Source: Felis catus (taxonomy: Eukaryota). From it: a stretch of DNA of 64,000 nucleotides. Made by a program: the position numbers and the translations under genes. Below, one piece after another: positions 38,201 through 52,060 of this stretch; position 1 is the stretch's first letter; every line of letters starts with the position of its first letter. The DNA lies in contig NC_058368.1 in the NCBI RefSeq assembly GCF_018350175.1, forward strand, positions 60,142,001 to 60,206,000, given 5' to 3'. Below the pieces are notes generated by a model. The model was given only the letters and a program-made list of their open reading frames with translations, was not told the DNA's origin and made no database searches.

Positions 38201-39247
38201 CTTGGTGGGCCTGTGCATACTACAGTCAACACCTACCATGACCTCATGCAATTTATACTCATCTTTTCCTTATCCTAACCCTCTCTAGATACTCCCAAGG
38301 AGACCACAGAAAAACCCGTTGATCATATAAAGTAGGTCTATAAAAATTTTTACAAAAGGGATGTGCACTACCTTGACAGAGCCTCTGTAGTGACTCAAAA
38401 GGTACATAGAATGTATTAAGAACTGTGGTTAGTTCTGGTGATTTCAGGGCAGAAGTTGGATTACCAACTGTGGATTATCACAGTTTGGAAACTATAGGAT
38501 TATTGGAATTTCCAGAGGACTTATTTCTGGAATATTGTGGTCTGGGAACAATCATTATTGCTGTGTCTTATCTTGCTCTATATAAACTAGTATTAAAACA
38601 ACTTGAGCTTGGATACTTCATTCTGCACATGATAGTTTGATATAATTTATCTATTTTGTGAATCATAGATACATTGAAAATTGTGGTTTCGTATTATTTC
38701 TTTACACTATGTAATGAAGACCTCCCTTTCAGTGAAAAAAGTTAGAATGATATATAATTTCAAATACTCTATAAATTTAATTATTTTAGTGTGACTTTTC
38801 ACTCTCAAAATTTTCATTTTAATAAATTATATGTAATCTTATTTATAATGAGAAGTACTATTCCTATCTGCATTCTTGTTCTCAGAGCCATGCATTCAAA
38901 CAATAGGAGATGTGGATGATGTCTTACTGCATTATGTAACTTATTCTGTGAGGCAGTACCCCAAACTTGTGTGATGTTGTTTTCCAACTGGTGTCATTAC
39001 TAAAGCTCCAAAGGAATATTCCACAATTTTATAAAACCAACCTCACGTGAATACTGTAGAACATATTGAAAATAATGAATGTTGTCAACATTAGTACATA
39101 ACCATAATTCTTTCATGAACAAAATTTCTTTGTTCAGAGTCATTTTGCATGGCATAGCATATTAAGAATGTAATTTCAATGAAAATAAAAATAATAGAAC
39201 TTTCACAAAATTAAAAGGTGCTGAAAGGGTAATATTCAAAACAAATT

Positions 39248-39415
39248 GGGAAGCCTGGGTGTCTCAGTTGTTTAAGCATCTGACTCTTGATTTCGGCTCA
39301 GGTCCTGATCTCATGGTCAGGCTCTCCACTGACAGCATGGGGCCTGCTTGGGATTCTCCTTCCCTCTCTCTCTGCTCCTCCCTCTCTCTCTTTCAATAAA
39401 TAAACAAACTTAAAA
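39248..39415 (+). mobile_element. CAN-SINE, older subfamily with internal deletion
   Basis: GGGAAGCCTGGGTGTCTCAG...GACTCTTGATTTCGGCTCAGG head, (CT)n, AATAAATAAAC tail; AAAACAAAT on both flanks. Confidence 0.9.
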
Positions 39416-40625
39416 ACAAAAACAAATCTACAGTTACCAACATAAGAAAGATGGAGTCAGAATCTGGTATGACAATTCCTTTTATTCTAGGGTCCTGGTT
39501 GAACTTTGAGATTTTATGTTCTAAGGTTGTCTATGTTGCACAAAACAGAAAATCTGGCCACTTTAGAGATATGGAAATCTTAAAGTGTTAAACCTCATTA
39601 GGGGAAATAAATATTTGTTTTCTATCTAGATTCAAACAATCTTTTTCACTGTGAGCCAGTGATTTCCTTTTCCAAAGTCACCTCGAAGAAATCATCCCAC
39701 TCCCATCTCACATTCTTTGCTGTTGGTGAGATTTGAAGCTGAATGTACCTCCCTAGTAGTAAGCATTTGAATCAAGACTGGCTAATCAGCATCTCATAAT
39801 TCCTTGGTTCCACTAACTGGTTCAGGAAAGAGAGCAGTATCCATAACTATTCTATATACTGATAACAGCAGACTTCACTAAATTTACTATAAAATTGAAA
39901 TGTTTCCCTTTCTATGATTCTTTATTATGTCTTATGACTCCTTTTCTTCCTTTCCCAACCAGTCTAATTTTATAGGTATTTAGGAAAGATATTATACTGT
40001 TTACTCACATTCAAGGCAAATGTACATTTGTATTGTATGTATTTTTCTCAGTCTGGACCATTGGTACTGTACCTTAAAGCAATGTCTCTGATCTGAACAT
40101 TAGGCATTTTGCCAACTTTGATATTAATATATTGATATTTCAGTTTCTAAAAGAAAATGTTTTTCAGATTCTTAATATGTGAATTGTGAAGATTAATTCT
40201 CTAAGTTCTCATGAGTTGTTTTCATTTTTCTCATTTCCTGAAAGAATTCTGGAAAAGTTGAAAAAAAGATGAATCAAAACATCCTTCTCTAGACCATTAT
40301 GTAATCTTTTTACTTTTGAAGTTTAGTAGAAATCTGGTATTTTATCTATTTATTTTAATAAGTGTTAGCATTGTCATTTTTACAGCTTTACCATATTTTT
40401 CTTTCCCTATTATTATAGTTTGGTTTCCACCCTCAATCCTTAAATATCTACTTATCCTTTACCTCTTACTTATTGCTTATATTGTAGAAACATAAATCTA
40501 TTTATACAGATTGTACAATATTTTAAAAAAATTGTTCTACTCAATGTCTATGGTCTATTATTGTTTATTATCTTATATTTTTCTTTTGTCTTGTTATTGT
40601 TTCTTATTTTCTGATATCTTCTACT

Positions 40626-40828
40626 TTTTTGTTTATATATTTTTTAATGTTTGTTTATTTTTGAGATAGAGAACACCAGCAAAGGAGGGGCAGAGAGAGG
40701 ACAGAGGATCTAAAGCAGGCTCCGTGCTGATAGCAGTGAGTCCAATGCGGGGCTTGAACTCATGAACTGTGACATCATGACCTGAGTGGAAGTGAGATGC
40801 TCAACCAAATGAGCCATCCAGGCACCCC
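40626..40828 (-). mobile_element. CAN-SINE, diverged
   Basis: Minus-strand head GGGGTGCCTGGATGGCTCATTTGG; imperfect TSD TGATATCTTCTACTTT / TGTTATCTTCTGCTTT. Confidence 0.93.
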
Positions 40829-41406
40829 TGTTATCTTCTGCTTTGAAAAGTATAAGTATAATGACTGAAATTCATGTATTAATATTAAATATTACCCATA
40901 TAATTATTTTATGCATTTGTGTATTAATTGATAACAGTCCAGTCTCCTTTATTCCATTCTTTGTCTCCTTGGATGCTGGTCACTTTCTCTTACAAGATAT
41001 AAAGTCAGAGGTCAAATTGGTTGATGCATTTTGTCCCTGTATCAGTTTCTAGAGTCTAGCAAAATACCATGTATAGGCCCAAGACGGGATTTGTACATTC
41101 TTTGACTACCTAAACTGTATAAACTCTAAATATATCATGTAAATTAGAAGTTTTAATATAAAATCTTCCCTGGAAATAAGATTCTTTCTGTCTCTATAAA
41201 TGCTCTATGTAGCACATTTTAAACTAGAATCTGTGATTCTGCCACATGGCAATTTGGAATGTAGAAAATAAAGAGACTAATTGGGGAAATATTCTTGATA
41301 GGACAAAATGAAGAAATTGTGCAGAGAATGAACAGCGTAACAGTTGTCAGTTCAGTAATGCCTTTACATCTCTTAAGTATTGATGTGACGTGGATTAAGA
41401 GTTCAT

Positions 41407-41612
41407 GGAGTGCTGGGTGGCTCAGTCAGTTGAGCTTCCAACTTCGGCTCAGGTCATGATCTTGCAGCCAGTGAGTTCGAACACCGCATAGGGCTCTGTG
41501 CTGACAGGTCAGAGCCTGGAGCCTGCTTTGGATTCTGTGTCTCCCTCTCTCCTTGCCCCTCCCCTGCTTGCACTCTGTCTCTCTCTCTCCCAAAAATAAA
41601 TAAACATTTAAA
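41407..41612 (+). mobile_element. CAN-SINE
   Basis: GGAGTGCTGGGTGGCTCAGTCAGTTGAG...CTTCGGCTCAGGTCATGATC...GAGTTCGAA (B-box), (CT)n, AAAAATAAATAAAC. Confidence 0.94.
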
Positions 41613-41979
41613 ATATATTTTTTTAAATTCATACTTGTGTTTCCTGTGATGCTGTTTGTTGAGTCGGTGAGACCCAACAGTACCTACCAATCCAGGTGAT
41701 TCATTCTAGTAAATAAACCTTTCTTCTGCATTTGGTAATAAATTGTTTGCCAGATTTAATTTTCAGTATTGTTGAACAGGTTCACCTGTTTTCATCTTCA
41801 CATGCATATTAGTCACTATTTAGGAAAGACTTGCATACGTTTTGTTTTTGGGGTTTTGTTTGTTTGTTTTTGTTTTTGTTTTTGTTTTACTGGAAAAGTC
41901 CATTGTCATTTTCTTTCCCCATAATGCTTCTTTATAATGCTTCTTCTCAAAGACTTTTTTCTCATAAACTTGCAGAGTA

Positions 41980-42405
41980 AGCCATGGGCGACTTGACAGG
42001 ACCGCCTAACACAAGCTGTTTAACATAAGGATAGAGATTTAACTCAAAGCAGACCCAACAGAGACACTTGTTCCCAGGAGTTAGGAATGAGAACACAAAA
42101 GTTACTACTACTAATATGCACTTTGAGAGACAATGCAGGGATGTGACTGCTATAAAGCTGGTAATGAAGCAAATCAAGAAAAAGGAGTAATGGCAACAGA
42201 CAAGTGGTTTCAGAGAGACAGAAGTAAGAGAACAATTTTGGTTCCTGAAGTAGCACCGGTTCCTTGACGACATCGAAACACCTGGCTGAACTAATAATCT
42301 TGCCTTCTCTGTGACACTTCTGTAACAGTGTAACACATTTTCTATTTGTCTTAAGCTTATCTGAGTGAGTTGTGGTTCCTGGTAAACAAAGAACCTGATA
42401 GAAAT
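41980..42405 (+). mobile_element. Ancient MaLR/ERVL-type LTR fragment
   Basis: 3' end ttctatttgtcttaagcttatctgagtgagttgtggttcctggtaaacaaagaacctga resembles old MLT1 termini. Confidence 0.4.
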
Positions 42406-44335
42406 GTAGCAATCATATGTCTTTATATCTCCTTTAGGTAACTAGTATGCTAAAAAAATCTTCTTCTGATTCCTCTGTATTTCTTACTGGTTTCAATGGC
42501 TAATAATTGTTGTTCTCACTCATCTCTCATAATCTTCCATGATGGTCAAATTAGCACTCCCATTATGCAGTATTGGATTCTTGAAGATGTCACTCTAGCA
42601 TGCAAAGGTTTTGTTAGAAAACATTCACTGTTTAATTTTCTAAATAATAGTAGAAACATAGACTGTTTCCATAAAAACAACTTCTGAAATGAAAAAATGG
42701 AGTTTCAAAAAGTAACCTGACCCATGAAAAAAAATAGAAATCCTTTTTTAAGTTGTTTTTACCTTAATATCAATATATATATTGAAATGAAAATTGTCAA
42801 TAAATTTTTACAACTTAAACTACCATGGGAAAAAGATCAGCAAAATTCCACTCGATAAATATTTTTAAGGGGAAAAAATGAGATCTTATTGCTCCTGTCG
42901 GGGATTATGAAAAATTTTCATTTATATACATCAGGTAATAATAGGAGAAGGGACAACAGGCATATATACCGAAAACTGAGAAAATGAAGCAGAATGAAGG
43001 CTAAGGGTTGATTGTGGTCGCATTGCCTATACTTCCTACAATTATTACGTGTTATATTTTATCTCTAAAAATGGCATGTGTGTTCATTTCTTTCAACCTT
43101 AAGCTATCATTTTTACAGTTGAATAAACTGAGCTTGAGAAAATATGACTTACTTTATAAAGATCACAGAACTGGTTATAACGGAACATGGTCTCTTTATC
43201 CTTTGTCCAAGGCTTTTTGACTTTGTATTTCTATTGTAACCTGCAAAAAAGAATCATAATTCTGCTTTCCACATTTTCCTGCTCACACTCTCTCAATCTA
43301 TCCCTTATTTTAGGCACTCATGACTTATATTTCTCAGGTAATAGGAAAAACCCCAATATTGGCTTGTGATTCATCATGCAGTGTATGCAAATTAAAATAT
43401 TCTATCATATTTGTATTGATGGTTGTTTTGTTATTAACATAAAATCAGGAAAATATATCTATAGCATTTTGCACTATTGAAATGCCAAAAATCATGATAA
43501 TAGAAAAGATAATTATGTATTGCTATATGATACTAGCTGAATATGTTTAGAATTGCAAGGCACAGAAAACCTAGAAGCATAAATAACAAATTGTTCAGTT
43601 CCTATAAATCTATTGCCTTTTTGCAAGCATCAAATCAATGTATTTCTTCTTTCAAATCTACTAATTTATGGTAATCTGTACTGCTAGCAGGCTTTCTGAA
43701 TATTTTTCCATATTAAATGTATTTGGATAAGGCGAGTTTTTTTGTCATTAAAGTAAGGGTACACTTTTTTCTTTAATAACAATAATAAAATACATTTTCC
43801 CCAGTAAATAGAGTTTAAAATATTTCTTAAGAGATTATCCTTCAAGAGGGAAATGACTTCAATTTTCAAAAGAAAAAAAAAATCAGTGAAAGCCAGCTCA
43901 CTTATTCTCATCATTGAAGATAGTCCATGGTGTATACATGGAAGGAAGTATATCATGTCCTCATTTCAAGTGCAATGTTGTTTTTCACTTAATGCAGAAG
44001 CTTTGTGAATTTCCAAAGACTGTGACTCTGGCAGAAAAAGCCAAGGAATAGACCCATGGTATTTCCTTGTTGTTAAAATATATGTAATACTTCACTCTTT
44101 AGGGTTTCTCAGAATGTCTTCTTTATTCCCAAAATCTCAGCTTAGTTCCTGCTCAGCCAAATGCAAAATTTACAGTTTGGCATTGTCTGGTGGGAATCCT
44201 GATTGTGGCAAACAAGAAAAAACAATGTACTGAAAGTTTTCTTTCCCCGCCCCCTCCTGCCCCCCAAATTAAAGAATCATACACAAGGAAAATATCTGCA
44301 GCCTTTTTTTAATTGTAAAATGTTAAAAAAAAAAA

Positions 44336-44553
44336 GGGGGGGGGCGCCTGGGTGGCGCAGTCGGTTAAGCGTCCGACTTCAGCCAGGTCACGATCTCGCA
44401 GTCCGTGAGTTCGAGCCCCGAGTCAGGCTCTGGGCTGATGGCTCAGAGCCTGGAGCCTGTTTCCGATTCTGTGTCTCCCTCTCTCTCTGCCCCTGCCCCG
44501 TTCATGCTCTGTCTCTCTCTGTCCCAAAAATAAATAAACGTTGAAAAAAAAAA
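44336..44553 (+). mobile_element. CAN-SINE, young felid subtype
   Basis: G9-CGCCTGGGTGGCGCAGTCGGTTAAGCGTCCGACTTCAGCCAGGTCACG...CCCAAAAATAAATAAACGTTG(A)10; no complex TSD. Confidence 0.97.
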
Positions 44554-45149
44554 TCTCTGTCTAATGGATACTTGATGCTGGAGAAATAAAAACACTAGAT
44601 AATATTGAAACTAGTGGTCATTGATTTTAAATATGTAGTTTTATCAATTTTTATAAATATGGTCAGAAAATACAGTTGTCTAAGAATTTATGAAATTTGA
44701 AATTGATCAGTAAATATTTTAATGGGTTAATATACGAATAATGCCTCTGTAGCTACTGAAAGAAAAATGATAAATATAAACATAATTCTCTCCCACAAAA
44801 AGAAGAGATCATAAACTCCTAAGCATAATTGAGAAATCCAAAAATTCTATTTTAATTCAAGAAAATAGTATAAGTCATATCAACAAGTAGTATGGGATTA
44901 CTTCAAAATAGGTTGTACAACAAAGAATAGATATAAGAATTCACATATAAAATAAGGTGGAGTAATCACAGAAAGCATCAAAGAAGACAAAAGATATAAG
45001 GATTTTGCTAAGGACAGGTGATAATTTGGTATAGACAAAGATGAGTGTGAATCAAAGCATTGCAGGAATAAAAGCATTGAAGCCTGAAAGCCAGAGATAG
45101 GCTAACTGATTCTTTCTTTTCTTTTTTTTTTTTTTTAACTATTTAATAA

Positions 45150-45740
45150 CTTGGACAGTTCTGGTTCCAACTGTGATGGATAAGTAGGTATTAGGACTTC
45201 CCCTACGTCATTAACAAAGGTAACACTAAACACATATACAAAACAACTGTTTTCAGCCCTGGGGCAATGAACATTCCAGGTCTATGATCCATTTGATAAG
45301 GAAACCATATAAGCTGAGGTACATACACCCTGGTTTTCTCCCTCAGACACTATTTCATACAAAAAGACAGGGAAGTTGAATCCTAGCAGAGATCACTAAT
45401 CGCAATGACAGAAGAAACATGTATCAGAGTTCGGGAGTCTGAAGATGGATAAAACTTGCATGTCAGAGTCTGAAGAGAGGAGAGTAAACAGACGAGGAGT
45501 ACGAAAACTCCACATAGACGTTTCCCTCAGCGTTTGGCCAGACACATAGCTGTTCATGTACAGAGTGAGACACCGAAATGCTTGGAAGAAAACAGCTGCT
45601 GGAGGGCCCTGAGCCAAACATAGCAGCTACCTTGCTCTAAACACGGGAGTCTCAAGCCCCGGTGTTTAGAGAACTCACTAATAGCTCACGGAAAACGATG
45701 CCTTCAAAGTGAACTAATGGTGCCCCAGAATAAGAGCTAC
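45150..45740 (+). mobile_element. Old L1 5'UTR fragment (L1M4/L1MC-type)
   Basis: ttctggttccaac...aaacaactgttttcag...ctggttttctccctcag...cagagttcgggagtctgaag...ctgttcatgtacagagtgagac resemble ancient L1 5' regions. Confidence 0.5.
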
Positions 45741-48229
45741 CTACATGTATATGCTATTTCATTGCCAAATAAATATTTTTAACAAAATTGTGATTTTTTA
45801 AAAATACAAGTCATTCCTGAAAACTTTAGCAATAACTTAGACATTGATCAACTTTCATCTCTTCTGAAATACTTGAGGATAGTATATAAACATTTGAAAA
45901 TCCTCACTTTGTTTTACTTTCAGATATTTTAGCCAAGGACAAAATGTTGCTCAGAAGAAAAAGAAATCGTTTTTATCTTTTGCCTGAAAATTTTTGTTAC
46001 AAATGTGCTTTAATAAATCTATGGTAATATAGTCATCTTTCCCTTATCTTTCTGTTATCTCTATTTATACTACTTTAATAATTTGTTGACACTTTGGCTT
46101 TTGCTGTGGTATATACTCAGTTTATTTTTCTTGGTTGAGAAATATTTTCTGGAAGTTTAGGAGTTTGAAACCCACAAGATAGCCAACAAGGCTATCTAAG
46201 CTTTTCCCTGAAACCAATGTTATCAATAAGAGTTTTCCTTTCTCTCACCTTACACCAATAAGATATCTTCTTAATGAGATAACTGAATGCTGACATTCAT
46301 AATTTCAGACTCCATGTGACACATTTTTAAAGGAGAGGCCCCATGAGCTTTGAGCACATATCTGGTCTGTTCATTGTTATTTCCTCAGTGATATCTAGAA
46401 TACTTTTAATCTAGGAGAAATAAATAAATATTAATTATGAAAAGGAATTTGCAGAATTCTCAATTGTATGGCTATCTGCTTCTAATGTTTTTGTTCCTTT
46501 CCTCTTTCATGGTTAGAACATGCATCTACTTAGATGTTTATAAATGTCTTAACAGTTTTGGTAAATCTACTTCCTCCATTGGGTGGGGAAATCCAGTTCA
46601 TTATTGTTGAAATCTACTACTGAATTTATGTTTTAAGTGTTTTCCCCTGCTGACATTTATTTTTATTTATAAAAATGTATTTATATAGGTAACATGTTTC
46701 CTCATTCAAGCACATGTTTGCCTTGGTTATATAAAAGTATTAGAACGGACATAACATAGTCTAAAAGAAAGGTGTATGCCATGTTTGGGAAAATATGGTG
46801 ACATATTAATAGCTAGTGATTCAAGTCTTGTCCCTACCAAATTATATTATGGCTTAGCTTTTTGCACTTTAAATCAATTTGTGACCCCCAACACATGCAC
46901 ACACAAAGTTAAAATAAGGTGAATAATGCCTTGCTTATTTCATTTAAAAATTCAGCTGTGGATTTTTATATTGTCACCACAGATAAAGTATGTTCAATAG
47001 ATAACTCGGTATTTTGTTTCATGTGAATATCCTAACAGGTATACTGCATGGCTAAATATTCCTTTACAAATTATTGATCACATTGTTTACTTTTACTTTG
47101 TAGCCTTTCAAGGAGAAAATATGCTTAGTTAAGATTTTTTAAATTCTTCTTTCAACAGTGGGATAGATACCTTTGTTTTACCTATAACACACTTGGTTAT
47201 TATGCACGTGCTTTAACATATTGCATCTAACACTTTGAAGATACCCTACACTTAGAATTATTTTTTTTTAATTTCCTCCCAGTTTTGGCATAACCCACCA
47301 TAACATTTGGTTTACCAGTTCATAACTAAATGTATTTGACTTATTTTATTTATTGCCAATGGTACAAATTTGTAAAATTTCTACAAACCAGTGTTCCAAA
47401 CCATAGATGAGTCAACACTATGGTTTTACCTTTATTAGCCTGGATCTGTTCTTAAAATATAATTATTAGCAGTTTTTATCTTTATCCTTGTGTTTGCAAA
47501 ATCGATGTGTGTCCTTATTAACATGACTGGTCTTATACTAGTCAATAAAACTTGAACCTTTAGCAAAATTTCTTTTACCTTCCAACTATTACCAAGCCTC
47601 ATACCTATTTCAGTAAGTATATTCAGGGAATTATAAATTGCTAACTTATTAATTCTTTCACACTTCAATACTTCTCTAAAAAGTTTTCTGAGAATAAAAA
47701 ATAACATGCAAGTTAAGGAGTTTGGGCAATTTTATAGTGTTATGAAGCTGTGTGAGCCTGCATTTAAAAATTCTCTCAATAGCTATTCCCTTTTCTTGTC
47801 TTCTCAAATTGTGACCCATTTTACTTTGTCTATCTGGACATAAATCAAACTAAGTAAAATCTTGCTTCCTTGTAATAAAGATATGCATCTATTTTTGATG
47901 GCAAAATAAACACAATACTTCATGCTAGTAATTTAACTTGAAATTGGAATATGATATGATTACCTAAAATTGCATATGAATAAATTTGGGATATAATGTG
48001 CCTTCAGGGAATAGTATGTTTTCTGCCAATATCAAATTTAAGTACCAAGAATGGATGCGAAGTGATATAAAATTTCAGTCTTTTCTATATCTTGTTTTCC
48101 TCTACTAGAATATCAGCATTTTTTTCTTACTTATCTTTATATCATCAGCATGGAGCACAGAACTTGAACCTAAGCAACAAGAAAAAAGTGAATATTTATT
48201 AAGCATTGCATAGGATAATGATTAGGGGA

Positions 48230-48400
48230 CTCTGGCAGTGACTTACTAGATGTAGAATTTAAGAAAATTACTGAATATTTCTTTGTGTTAAATTTGTCAC
48301 CTGCAAAATGACAATAATAAGAGAACCTCCATCAAACAATTGAGAGGGAATTTAGAGAAATGGCCCAAGTGAATTATTGAGTAGAGGATTAGCATATCGA
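48230..48400 (+). mobile_element. MIR fragment
   Basis: acttactagatgtag...ttactgaatatttctttgtg...cacctgcaaaatgacaataataag core motif. Confidence 0.55.
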
Positions 48401-50481
48401 AATTTTTCAAACTATACCTGATGTAATTATTCTGCAGCTGAAAAAATACTAGAAAGTTTACATGTACCAGTTTATTTACTCCTTATAACAAATCTCTGCA
48501 AGGTAAATAAACAAAGTAAATGTACACCTAATATGATACAGGACCAGAAATTAACCAAAGAAGGCTAGCCCCAAAGCCCGGACTGTAATAACTATATTTC
48601 ATCCCTGTATAATGTAACTGACAGATTAAATGATTAAATGGGTACAGAATTATAAGATTCTTCATGATGAAAAGCAAGAATCCATTTGTACCAACAACAC
48701 ATATTTATTTAATGCCCGCTTCATGTTAAGCATAGGGTTAAGGAAGGCAGATGTAACTACAATTTATTTTGGAAGATGCAAATCCATAAACATAAAGCTG
48801 CCAACCACAGTTTTTCCCTCCCCTAGGGTCCTGGTGACAAAGGAGACATACAAAGTCAAAGAAATATCAATATATAAGCTTTATCAATGGCCATCTATCA
48901 AGAAAAGAATTCGAAAATGAAACTGGGACTATTACTTTCCACTTCAAAATCAAACCACATGCCTAGTTCTAGATGGATAAGTAAGATAATGGTGGATCTC
49001 CCCCAAGTATCTCCAGAAGGATCTCTCGTTAGTGGGAGGCACAGCAGACCCAGAGCACTTACTGTATAAAAGTTTAAAGAAAAAGAAAAAAAAACACTGC
49101 ATGGGAAAAATCACTCTAAAGATGGTAAATACCAATTAAGTTGTGTATCTCTCTTACCTTGGGAAAGTGAAAATGGAGGATGCATAGAGAAAACATACAT
49201 GATTTCCCCAATGATGCTTTCAATGAGAAGTGTGGCAATATCTGATGCGTGTTCTATGGAAATGTGAAAAAAAGAAGTAATATTCATTGTTAACTATAAG
49301 TTAAAACTTATGTATCATTTTTTTCCAGTTGTTTTTTGCCCCTCCCCCCATCAGATATGATGTTCTTTATGTTACACGAATCAGAAGGTATAAAACATAT
49401 GATCATTCCATGATTCAGGAAGTTAATTTGGTTGGTGGCTTCAGTTGCTAAAAACCTGATTCCTGGAATGTGAAGTTGCTTTTTCCCTATGACCAGCAAA
49501 CAGTCTGTGAATTAACTTTAGCATGCTGTGAAGAGTGATTTCCTTACTAATATTTGACCTAAATTTTTTAAGTGCTTATTCATGTTAATTTCCTAAATCA
49601 CTTATATCATTAGTTTTTGCAAAACGGTGATTTTGCTAATTTGATTTTGCTTCTGCATTCATTAGCTGATAATATTCTGCAAAGAAAAATTTAGTCTAAA
49701 CAGAACATATCCTTTAAAAACCATAAGCATGAAAGTAAGCCAAAAAACAACTGCACACATACTTAAGTACATTTGATGGTAAAAAAAAATTTATTTGGAC
49801 ATTTCAAACTAAAAAAAAATTACCTATTTACTGTTGCTAGCCTTTCCTCAAATTCATTCTTTTAAATTATCTAAATTTAGTGCATGTTCTTTGTATAATA
49901 GATCCTATAGACTTATGTATATAATCAAAATAAAATCCACAGATGACTTCATATTCCTCACACAAATAGCCACATGTATATTTATAAGTCAGGCAGTATA
50001 AGTCTTGAGACAAGATGTATTTTGAAACATTCCAAGTAACATCATTTTAAAGGATCAATCTTAAAATGTTATAGATCTTCAAATAATTGTGCCTTAAAAT
50101 CCTGCTGTGGTTAATTGTCTCCAGGGAGTGTGTTTATTATTTTAGAAGCATCTGGAGAAAAGAATTAGAAAGGAAAAAATAACTTTCTGAAACCTACTTT
50201 GTATCAAAATCATTTTGACAGATTCAGGCTACCTACAGACTCAATTCACCTGAAAGGCAATGATACAACATTTATGTCAACTGTAATATAAGCAAATAAT
50301 CAGCAGTGAAGCTTAGAAGAGTTACAGGAAAATATAATTTTTGGTGTACGATTTTCTTACAACAAGTAATGTGAAACTTTCTTAATACATAAGAAAAATT
50401 GGAGTGATATTGAAAGTTAGCAAAATTAAAAATATATTTGCATAGTTAATGAGATATTACAATAGTGTTTCAATCCAACTT

Positions 50482-50515
50482 AAAAAAAAAATTTTAATCT
50501 TTATTTTTGATAGAC

Positions 50516-50549
<34 letters not shown>

Positions 50550-50699
50550 AACAGAGAGAGAGGGAGACACAGAACCTGAAGTAGGCTCCAGGCTCTAAGC
50601 TCAGCATAGAGCCTGATGTGGGGCTCGAACTCATGAACCATGAGATCATGACCTGAGCTGAAGTTGGATGTTTAACCAACTGAGCCACCCAGGAGCCCC
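50482..50699 (-). mobile_element. CAN-SINE
   Basis: Minus-strand head GGGGCTCCTGGGTGGCTCAGTTGG; TSD TCAATCCAACTT at 50470-50481 and 50700-50711. Confidence 0.96.
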
Positions 50700-50955
50700 T
50701 CAATCCAACTTTTTAAGCTTCAGCAAGTTATGACTATAAAAAAACACTACTTATCTTTTTGAGGCATATAACATGATCCTATGAGCATTATATAAATTTA
50801 GCCCATTTGTAGAGTATTTACACATATTACCTGATAGTTCAATGATACTTTAATCATATTTCAAAAAATTTCTTTGGGCATATATTTTATTAAAATGAGC
50901 TACTATCTAACTTAACAATGACAATCTAATAAATATTAATTAGATATCACTATCC

Positions 50956-50957
50956 GA

Positions 50958-51009
<52 letters not shown>

Positions 51010-51011
51010 AA
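50956..51011. repeat. (GAAA)14 tetranucleotide microsatellite
   Basis: Perfect run read directly. Confidence 0.97.
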
Positions 51012-51559
51012 AGAAAGTGCCACAGAGGCTACAAAAGTAAACTAAATTATGGCAATGAAAGTTGCCAATCCGTAAAGGATAAATGGGATCTCCACAAATC
51101 TGTAGGAAAAGAAGTATATGAATAATGCATATTCTTATAAACAAAATACATGAATACTAAACAAATTATTCTAATTACATCCAGGTTTCTCAATGTTGGA
51201 GTGAGAGATTACAGATAAGCTTCAATGATCAAGTGGTAATAGATTAGTACTGAAGACATCAATATCAATTCGGGTTAACATACGCGCAGATTGATACGTG
51301 GAAAATATTTATGGATGTGTGTATTTTCACAGGTTAGCATACACATGTATATTTCCTCATGTAGGAAGCCAAGAAGCAATGACACCCCAGCAACAGCAAG
51401 CATATCTGGTCCATAGAATTTTGTTTCTGATATCATTCTCTGTTGAAAGAAACCAGGGCTTTTAGAAAAATGGCTGATTCCAGGACTGAAGCAAGGAATA
51501 TACAATATAAGCTTGGAGTATATTTCAGTGACATAAATTAAGGAAGTATTTACTGAAAC

Positions 51560-51581
51560 ATACATATATATATATATGAGG

Positions 51582-51612
<31 letters not shown>

Positions 51613-51642
51613 TATGAGTATATATATGAATATACATACATG

Positions 51643-51673
<31 letters not shown>

Positions 51674-51688
51674 ATACATATATATATG
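51560..51688. repeat. AT-rich compound microsatellite (TA)n/(CATATA)n
   Basis: Read directly; lies within the L1 3'UTR. Confidence 0.9.
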
Positions 51689-52060
51689 AATGACAAAAAA
51701 ACAAGAAAGAGTTGCAAAAGGCCAAAGCTGGGCAATTGGTATTGGACTGTAATCCAAAGTACAAAGTCAATATCTACGAACCTATACTGATATAAGTAAA
51801 TAATTGATAAATAAGTAAATAATATGAGTGAATGCACAAATCTCCTGTGTAGAATAATTTTAAATAATTTATGGGAAGTGGCTTTTAACTTCGCTCTCAT
51901 TAAGGGTTGGCTGCATACAATAGCTTCTTTCCAAAGTGTACTGTATGGTAAGGGAGAAAAAAAAGAATAACTTTAGAAAAGGAACTTCTAATAAATTCAG
52001 TCAGGTGAGATCAAGAATATATATCCACAGCAAAAAAGTCACGTTGATTGTGTATACTTT

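Noticed and set aside
41962..42412. Overlapping 124-aa and 122-aa minus-strand ORFs
   Set aside because: No recognisable domain, and the region appears to be an ancient LTR fragment.
51275..51900. Longest ORFs (160 aa, 116 aa) and the 157-aa poly-Ser ORF at 31304-31777
   Set aside because: Their length comes from stop-poor simple repeats inside L1/MLT1 fragments; the peptides are low-complexity.
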